Source: Gemmata obscuriglobus (lineage in GTDB: Bacteria; Planctomycetota; Planctomycetia; Gemmatales; Gemmataceae). From it: a stretch of 32,000 bases of DNA. Below are positions 15,590 through 21,865 of the stretch, in pieces. The stretch is taken from assembly GCF_008065095.1 (NCBI RefSeq), contig NZ_CP042911.1, positions 7,470,001-7,502,000 of the forward strand, read 5' to 3'. The stretch's first letter is position 1. Each line of letters opens with the position of its first letter. Position numbers and translations under genes: made by a program. The notes below the pieces were generated by a model. The model ran no database searches and was not told the DNA's origin. It saw only the letters and a list, made by a program, of their open reading frames with translations.

Positions 15590-15618
15590 TGACGCCACCC
15601 GTCGGAGGCTCCCCGCTC

Positions 15619-16245
15619 ATGGACCCGGCCGCCGCGCGCACCAGCGTTACCCTCCTCGCACGCCTCGGCGGGGCGCCGGCCGACGCGGTGGCGTGGACCG
15701 AGTTCCTCCACCGGTACGGCCCGCAAGTCCTCGCCTGGTGCCGCCACTGGAACCTGCAAGCGGCGGACGCCGAGGACGTGGCCCAGGACGTGCTGCTCCG
15801 GGTGTCGCGCCAGATGCGCACGTTCCGCTACGACCCCGCGCGCAGCTTCCGCGGGTGGCTCAAGACCGTGGCCCGCGCCGCCTGGGCCGACTGGCTCGAG
15901 GCGCGCCGGCGGGCGGTCCCGGCCGCCGGCGACACGTCCGCGCGGCACGCCTTGGAGTCGGCCACCGCGCGGGACGACCTGGTCGGGCGGCTCGAAGCCG
16001 AGTTCGACCGCGAGCTGCTGGACGCGGCCGCCGCCCGGGTGCGGGCGCGGGTCGACGCGCGCACCTGGGACGCGTTCGCCCTCACCGCCCTTGAGGGCGT
16101 GGGCGGGGCCGAGGCGGCGGAGCGGTTGGGCATGAAGGTGGCAACGGTTTACGTCGCGAAGGGGCGGGTGCAGAAGCTGCTGCAAGAGGAAGTGCGGGCG
16201 CTCGACGGCGGCCCCGCCGCGGGGGACGAGGGGGACGGTGCATGA
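15619..16245 (+). CDS. ECF (sigma-70 family group 4) RNA polymerase sigma factor
   Basis: ORF 15589..16245 begins with TTG, so I trimmed it to ATG 15619, which has GGAGG about 10 nt upstream. Region 2 reads FLHRYGPQVLAWCRHWNLQAADAEDVAQDVLLRV...FRGWLKTVARAA. Region 4 reads ALTALEGVGGAEAAERLGMKVATVYVAKGRVQKLL. The stop overlaps the next gene's start (ATGA). Confidence 0.85.
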   Translation: MDPAAARTSVTLLARLGGAPADAVAWTEFLHRYGPQVLAWCRHWNLQAADAEDVAQDVLLRVSRQMRTFRYDPARSFRGWLKTVARAAWADWLEARRRAVPAAGDTSARHALESATARDDLVGRLEAEFDRELLDAAAARVRARVDARTWDAFALTALEGVGGAEAAERLGMKVATVYVAKGRVQKLLQEEVRALDGGPAAGDEGDGA

Positions 16246-19200
16246 GCGCGTGCCCGCCCCCGGACCAGTTACGAGGCCTGATCGACGGGACCCTGAGCGC
16301 CGCGGCCCACCCGGCCGTTGAGGAGCACGTGAACGGCTGCCCGGCCTGCCAGCAGGCACTGGAGCGACTGACCGCGTTCCCGCAGCTCGCCCCGGCGGGC
16401 GCGGCCGAGCCTCCCCCCGAAGCGTTCCTCGCGCGGGTCCTGGCCGCCGCCACCGTTGCCCCCCTGGTCCCGCCCCCGCCACCGGCCCCGGCCGCGGCGC
16501 CCGACGTGCCGGGGTACGAGGTGGCCGGGGAGCTCGGCCGCGGCGGCATGGGGGTCGTGTACCGGGCGCGGCACCGCCGCCTGAACCGCACGGTCGCACT
16601 GAAGGTGCTCACGGACGCGGGGCTGAACGACGCGGCCGCGCGGTCGCGCTTCCTGACCGAGGCCGAGGCGGTGGCGCGGCTCCAGCACCCCCACATCGTC
16701 CAGGTGTACGAGTTCGGCGAGCACGCCGGGCGCCCGTACTTCGCCATGGAGTTCGCGGACGGCGGGAGCCTCGCCGAGCACCTGGCCCGGGGCCGGACGT
16801 TCCCGCCGGCCCGGGCCGCGGAGTTGGTCGCGCGGGTGGCCGACGCCGTGGCCGCGGCGCACGCCAAGGGCGTCATCCACCGGGACCTGAAGCCGAGCAA
16901 CATCCTGCTGGGCGGCGAGCCCGGGGACCCGGCCCCCAAGGTGGCCGATTTCGGCATCGCCCGGGTCGGGCGGTCCGAAATGACAGCCACCGGCGAGTTG
17001 CTCGGGACGCCGAGCTACATGGCGCCCGAACAGGCGGCCGGGCGGCACCGCGACATCGGCACGTACACCGACGTCCACGGCCTCGGCGCCATCCTCTACG
17101 AGTTGCTCACCGGCCGCCCGCCGTTTTTGGGGGACACGGTGGTGGACACCTTGCAGCGGGTCGTGCGCGACCGGCCCCGGCCGCCCCGCGCGCTGGCCCG
17201 CGGGGTGCCCCGGGACCTGGAGACCATCTGCCTCAAGTGCCTGGAAAAGGCCCCAAGCGGCCGGTACCCGACGGCCGACGCCGTGGCGGCCGACCTGCGG
17301 GCGTACCTTTGCGGCGGCACCATCAGCGCGCGGCCGGCCCGGGCCTGGGAGCGCGGCGTTCGCCTGATCCGCCGCCACCCGGTCCCGTTCGCGGCGCTGC
17401 TGCTGGTCGCCGCCACGGTCGGGGCGGCCTTCGTTTTGATCGGGCTTGCGCTGCGCGTCGCACTGGTCGCACAGTCCACCGCCGAGGGGAACAGGCAGGA
17501 GGCGATCGAGGCGCGGCTCAAAGCCGAACTCGGGGCCACGAAGTCCGCGCTCGAGCAGGCGCTCGCGCTGTGCGAGGCGGGGAGCGTGGACCGCGGCCTG
17601 TCCGGGCTCGACGAGGTTTTGAACGCGGCGCAGCGGATCGGGAACCAGGAGCCAGAGCGGGTGGCGCGGCTGAACCGCGCCGCGCGGGGCGAGTTCCAGG
17701 AGCTGGAGCGGGTGGCGCGGCTGAACCGCGCCGCGTGGGGCGAGTTCCGGTCGCGCGAGGAGTACGGGTTCGACCGGCCGGACCCCGCCCGCCCGGTCAC
17801 GGTCGCCGTGTTCGCGGACGACGGCCGGGCGCTCGTGACGGGCAGCCGCCGGGGCGGCGCCCTGCGGGTCTGGGACCTGGACCACAAAGCACACGGCACC
17901 GGCTCGCTGCGGGAGCTGGCGCCGCCGGACCCGGCCCGCCCCGGGGTGGTGGCCGCGTTCCCGGAGCCAGGCGGGCGGCTCCGGGCGGTGTACGAGTCCG
18001 GCCACGTGAGCGAGTGGAACCTCCAGACCGGAGCGGCCGTTCGCCACGACCTCGCGTTCGAGCCGGACAGCCCGATCCGGTCCGCCGGCGCGACGCTGGC
18101 GCACCGCGCGGTGTCCGGCCGGCTGGTGGGCATCGGGTCGGCGGACGGCACCTACCGGGTCTGGGACCTGGACCGCCGGCGGCTGCTCACCCGCCCCGAC
18201 GGCGAGGCCGCGTCCCGCCACTTTTACACCGGCACGAAGCGGCGCCAGAGCCCCCACGAGCCGCCGGCCCTCGAGCCCGGTCCGGCGCCCGGGGCCGTGA
18301 CCGGGGTCGAGTTCCCGGACAACGGCAACATGCTGCTGACCGCCGGCGAGCAGGAGGGGGTGATTCTCCTGGGCCTCCCGGCGCCGAACCGCGGCTCCCT
18401 CTTCGAGCCGGGTTGGGGCGGCCGCCCCAACCCGGCAGTGACGTTCCACCAGTTCGACCTGGGCGGCGAGGTGCTCAACATCCGCGTCGGCCCGGACCGG
18501 CAGACGTTCCTGGCCGGCGGGGCGAGCGCGGTGAGCCTGTGGACGATCCACGACCGCGAGCGCCCGCTGTGGGTCAACGGGCACCCCGACCGGGTCACCG
18601 CCCTGGCGTTCAGCACCGACCGGCGGCGGTGCGCGACCGCGGACCGGGGCGGGACCGTCCGCTGCTGGGACGCGACGTCCGGGGCACTGCTGGCGGAGCT
18701 GCGCCTCCCCTCCCCCGTGCTCGCCCTGCAGTTCCCCCCCGACAAGTCGGACCATCTGCTGGTGGGCGGGGCGGACGGCTCGTCCGTTTTGTGGCGGCTG
18801 CCCGCCCAGCTCGAGCTCCGGGACCGGGCGGTCGAGCCGACGCCGCTCGGCCCCGGCATCGTGATCCGGATCGGCCCCAGGGCCGAACAGGCGATCCGGG
18901 CCGCGGGGTTCGAGGCGCTGCACGGCGGCGACTGGGCGGCGACCGCGCGGAAAGTCGAGTTCTGGTCGGGCGACCGGACGGCGACCGCGCGGAAAGCCGA
19001 GCTCTGGCCGGGCGAACCGCCCCGGCTCAGCATCCGGCCCGCGGGAGACGGCGAGGCGCTGGCCCCGCTCGGGGTGTCGGTCAGCCCGGACGGGCGGTGG
19101 CTGGTGACCGCGGTGCAGGGGTCGGGCGCGGTGTCCGTGTACGACCTGAGCCGCGCGCCGCCGGGTCGCCAGAGCGTTCCCGCGGCGCGGGTGGGCCAGG

Positions 19201-19826
19201 TCGCGTTCGTGGGCACCCGCTCCTTTGTGACGGTGACCGAGCCCGGGCCGGGCAGGGACGCCGCGGGGGAACTCGTGTGGTGGGAGCTGGACGAGAAGGG
19301 CGGGGCCGGCCGCCGCGGCGGCTGGCCGGCCGCCGAGGTCTCGTGCCTCGCCCCGCACCCGGGCGGCGGGGCGGTGCTGATCGGCTACCGCCGGGGCCGG
19401 CCGGCGCGCCTCTGGGATCTGGCCAGCGAGACGGAGGTCGGGCCGGGGCTCCCGCACCCCGGCCCGGTGACCGCAGCCGCCATCGCACCGGGCGGCGACT
19501 GTGTGGCCACCGGCGGCCAGGACGGGAGCGTGCGGTTGTGGCCGCTTTCCGGCGAGGAGTGGGGCGGGCGCGCCCCGCAGCACGCGGGGCGGGTGAACGC
19601 GCTGGCGTTCGGCGCCGGCCGGGCGCACGGGGTGCTGGCCACCGCCAGCGCCGACTGCACCGCCCGCTTCTGGGACGTCCGAACGGGCTACCCGCTCGGG
19701 CCGCCGCTCCGACACCCGGCGCCGGTGCTGTCGATCGCGTTCGCCCCCGACGGGACCCGCGTCATCACGGGCGCGCTCAACGGCTACGCGAAGATCTGGA
19801 ACGCGCCTGCCGCCACGGACCGCTGA
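16242..19826 (+). CDS. Ser/Thr protein kinase with N-terminal zinc anti-sigma (H-x3-C-x2-C) motif, one TM helix and C-terminal WD40-like repeats
   Basis: The N-terminus carries EEHVNGCPACQQ. Hanks kinase motifs are GRGGMGVVYRA, ALKVL, HRDLKPSNILL, DFGIA and YMAPE. The TM helix is PFAALLLVAATVGAAFVLIGLAL. Repeated WD-like ends include LRVWDL, YRVWDL, VRCWDA, ARLWDL, VRLWPL, ARFWDV and AKIWNA. Confidence 0.9.
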   Translation: MSACPPPDQLRGLIDGTLSAAAHPAVEEHVNGCPACQQALERLTAFPQLAPAGAAEPPPEAFLARVLAAATVAPLVPPPPPAPAAAPDVPGYEVAGELGRGGMGVVYRARHRRLNRTVALKVLTDAGLNDAAARSRFLTEAEAVARLQHPHIVQVYEFGEHAGRPYFAMEFADGGSLAEHLARGRTFPPARAAELVARVADAVAAAHAKGVIHRDLKPSNILLGGEPGDPAPKVADFGIARVGRSEMTATGELLGTPSYMAPEQAAGRHRDIGTYTDVHGLGAILYELLTGRPPFLGDTVVDTLQRVVRDRPRPPRALARGVPRDLETICLKCLEKAPSGRYPTADAVAADLRAYLCGGTISARPARAWERGVRLIRRHPVPFAALLLVAATVGAAFVLIGLALRVALVAQSTAEGNRQEAIEARLKAELGATKSALEQALALCEAGSVDRGLSGLDEVLNAAQRIGNQEPERVARLNRAARGEFQELERVARLNRAAWGEFRSREEYGFDRPDPARPVTVAVFADDGRALVTGSRRGGALRVWDLDHKAHGTGSLRELAPPDPARPGVVAAFPEPGGRLRAVYESGHVSEWNLQTGAAVRHDLAFEPDSPIRSAGATLAHRAVSGRLVGIGSADGTYRVWDLDRRRLLTRPDGEAASRHFYTGTKRRQSPHEPPALEPGPAPGAVTGVEFPDNGNMLLTAGEQEGVILLGLPAPNRGSLFEPGWGGRPNPAVTFHQFDLGGEVLNIRVGPDRQTFLAGGASAVSLWTIHDRERPLWVNGHPDRVTALAFSTDRRRCATADRGGTVRCWDATSGALLAELRLPSPVLALQFPPDKSDHLLVGGADGSSVLWRLPAQLELRDRAVEPTPLGPGIVIRIGPRAEQAIRAAGFEALHGGDWAATARKVEFWSGDRTATARKAELWPGEPPRLSIRPAGDGEALAPLGVSVSPDGRWLVTAVQGSGAVSVYDLSRAPPGRQSVPAARVGQVAFVGTRSFVTVTEPGPGRDAAGELVWWELDEKGGAGRRGGWPAAEVSCLAPHPGGGAVLIGYRRGRPARLWDLASETEVGPGLPHPGPVTAAAIAPGGDCVATGGQDGSVRLWPLSGEEWGGRAPQHAGRVNALAFGAGRAHGVLATASADCTARFWDVRTGYPLGPPLRHPAPVLSIAFAPDGTRVITGALNGYAKIWNAPAATDR
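17655..17750 (+). repeat. in-frame 51-bp tandem duplication inside the kinase gene
   Basis: Copy 1 is 17655-17705 and copy 2 is 17706-17750, with 1 mismatch over the 45 nt compared. It encodes ERVARLNRAARGEFQEL / ERVARLNRAAWGEF. Confidence 0.9.
18939..19022 (+). repeat. in-frame 42-bp tandem repeat inside the kinase gene
   Basis: Copy 1 is 18939-18980 and copy 2 is 18981-19022, with 32 of the first 35 nt identical. It encodes ATARKVEFWSGDRT / ATARKAELWPGEPP. Confidence 0.85.
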
Positions 19827-19867
19827 CGGCGCCGTGCCCTCCCGGCGCCGCCGCGTATCATGCCTGT

Positions 19868-20746
19868 ATGCTCGCACACCTCCGCACCCTCCGGCTGGCC
19901 GCGTGGCTCGGCTGGCAGCTCGAAACCAACTGGGCCAGCCCGTGGCTGTTCGCCCTGTACATGCTCGTCAAGCCGGTGTGCGGGTCGCTCATGCTGGTCG
20001 GCATGTTCTACGCCGCCAGCCAGGCCACCGGGGGCGTCGGGCGCCGCGTCCCGGTCGAGTTCCTGCCGTACATGTACGTGTCCAACGCGTGCTACGGGCT
20101 GGTCGGCACCGTCATGTTCGGGCTCAGCTCCGCGGTGGTGCGGGACCGCGAGCAGTACCGGATGCTGAAGTACGTCTACATCAGCCCGGCCCGGTTCCAG
20201 ACGTACTTCCTCGGCCGCGGCGCGTCCCGCGCGCTCGAGGGCACCATCGGCGGGGTGCTGAACCTGACGGTCGGGCTAGCCCTGTTCGCGCAGGTGCGGA
20301 CCGCGGTCACCGTCGATGTCCCCTGGCTGCTCGTGTACCTGGCAGCGGGCGCGGCGATGCTCTGGGCGTGCGGGATGATCCTCGCCGCCGCGTGCCTGAA
20401 CCTCGCGCGCAACGGCATGTTCCTCAGCGAGGGCATCGCGGGGCTGGTGTACCTGCTCAGCGGGGTCGTGTTCCCGCTCTCGGTGTTCACCGGGAACATG
20501 GCGTGGGTGCGGTGGGTCAGCATGAGCCTGCCCACCACGTACTGGCTCGAGGGAATGCGCCGGGCGCTCATGGGCGACGTGCCGGAGCGGCTCCGCGGCC
20601 CGCTGGCGGACTGGTCGAAGGCGGAGCTGGCGCTGGTGCTGGTCGGCACGACGGCGGTGCTGGTGGTGCTGGCGCAAGCGTTCTGGCGGTGGAGCGAGCG
20701 CCGGGCGTGGCGCCTGGGGCGGCTCGAAGAGAACGCCGGCGTGTGA
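19868..20746 (+). CDS. ABC-2 type transporter permease (no cognate ATPase in the window)
   Basis: This is the real part of the 1169-aa ORF 17237..20746, using the in-frame ATG at 19868. It encodes 292 aa with about 6 hydrophobic helices (WLFALYMLVKPVCGSLMLVGMFY, ACYGLVGTVMFGL, GGVLNLTVGLALFA, WLLVYLAAGAAMLWACGMILAAACL, GIAGLVYLLSGVVFPL, LALVLVGTTAVLVVLAQAF). The layout is typical of ABC-2 permeases. Confidence 0.7.
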   Translation: MLAHLRTLRLAAWLGWQLETNWASPWLFALYMLVKPVCGSLMLVGMFYAASQATGGVGRRVPVEFLPYMYVSNACYGLVGTVMFGLSSAVVRDREQYRMLKYVYISPARFQTYFLGRGASRALEGTIGGVLNLTVGLALFAQVRTAVTVDVPWLLVYLAAGAAMLWACGMILAAACLNLARNGMFLSEGIAGLVYLLSGVVFPLSVFTGNMAWVRWVSMSLPTTYWLEGMRRALMGDVPERLRGPLADWSKAELALVLVGTTAVLVVLAQAFWRWSERRAWRLGRLEENAGV

Positions 20747-20830
20747 TCGCGGGAAATCCGGTGGACCGCGGCGCGGCGAGCGGCGATGATGACCACGCGC
20801 CCCCTCGCAGATCGGCTCGCGAGTCCCAAC

Positions 20831-21823
20831 ATGTCCCCGCTCCGTCGCGCGTTCACACTGATCGAACTGCTGGTGGTGATCGCGATCATCGCGGTTCTCA
20901 TCGGGCTCCTGCTGCCCGCCGTCCAGAAGGTCCGGGCCGCGGCGGCGCGGACGAGGTGTACCAGCCACCTCAAGCAGATCGCGCTGGCCGCTCACAACTA
21001 CCACGATGTCAACGAGCGGTTCCCACCGGGCGCACAGACGGGCCTGCGGCCGTCTTCGTTATTCGTGGAATTGCTGCCCTACATCGAGCAGACGCCGCTG
21101 TACCAGCAGTGGGACTTCGCCGCCCCCGCGAACAACTACTCCGGCACCGCCCCGCGGGCCGGGACCGTCATCGCCATTTACGTGTGCCCGGCTCAAACCC
21201 TCACGCACGGCGGCAGTTCGTTCGCGGTCACCACCTATGGCGGCAACGGCGGGACGGTGGCGTTCCCGCCGGCGCGGGCCACCGTCGACGGCATGTTCCA
21301 CACGACGGGGGCGCTCTCCGAGCCGCGCGCGAACCAGACCGGCGTCCGGATGCTGGACGTCTCCGACGGCACCTCCAACACCCTCTTCTTCGGCGAGCGG
21401 GTGATCGGCGACCCGGCGCTCGACTCGTACCTGAACGCGCCGGCGGGCGTCATCACCCCGGCGCCGGGTCCGGACATTCAGCCGAGCGCGAGTTACGCCA
21501 TGTGGGGGGCGCTCCCGGGGCCGAACGCGGCCGGCGGGTTGCTGAGCGCGGAGGTCGTGATCGGCTACCGGCACGGGACGGTGTGGACCCCACCGCCGCC
21601 GCCACTACCGGGGTTCCCGCCCGAGCCGCCCCCGCCGGTGGACGGCGTCGCGCTGAAGGCCCTGTGGTGGCGCCGGCTCGGCGCCTACGGGAGCTTCCAC
21701 ACCGGCGGGGTGATGACCGCCCGCGCCGACGGGAGCGTGAGCTTCCTGCGGGACTCCACCACATCGCAGGTGCTGATCGGGCTGAGCACGCGAAACGGTA
21801 ACGAGGTGATTCCGTCCGAGTGA
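20831..21823 (+). CDS. DUF1559 protein with prepilin-type N-terminal cleavage/methylation domain and H-X9-DG motif
   Basis: ORF 20786..21823 trimmed to ATG 20831. The N-terminus is MSPLRRAFTLIELLVVIAIIAVLIGLLLPAVQKVRAAAAR. A C-terminal FHTGGVMTARADG fits H-X9-DG. This is a hallmark expanded family of Planctomycetota. Confidence 0.9.
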   Translation: MSPLRRAFTLIELLVVIAIIAVLIGLLLPAVQKVRAAAARTRCTSHLKQIALAAHNYHDVNERFPPGAQTGLRPSSLFVELLPYIEQTPLYQQWDFAAPANNYSGTAPRAGTVIAIYVCPAQTLTHGGSSFAVTTYGGNGGTVAFPPARATVDGMFHTTGALSEPRANQTGVRMLDVSDGTSNTLFFGERVIGDPALDSYLNAPAGVITPAPGPDIQPSASYAMWGALPGPNAAGGLLSAEVVIGYRHGTVWTPPPPPLPGFPPEPPPPVDGVALKALWWRRLGAYGSFHTGGVMTARADGSVSFLRDSTTSQVLIGLSTRNGNEVIPSE

Positions 21824-21865
21824 CGCCCCCCGCGCCAAACGGCCGAGCCCCGGCGGGAGTGAGGT

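Noticed and set aside
17237-19867. Upstream 877 codons of the 1169-aa ORF 17237..20746
   Set aside because: This is an out-of-frame shadow of the kinase gene (R/G/P/A-rich). Only the segment from ATG 19868 has the hydrophobic helix pattern of a real membrane protein.
16269-19877. 1202-aa stop-free ORF on the minus strand, fully antisense to the kinase gene
   Set aside because: The plus strand encodes unmistakable Hanks kinase and WD40 motifs. The antisense product is Arg/Pro/Gly/Ala-rich low-complexity sequence with no motifs. Long antisense ORFs are expected when the sense strand has very high GC3.
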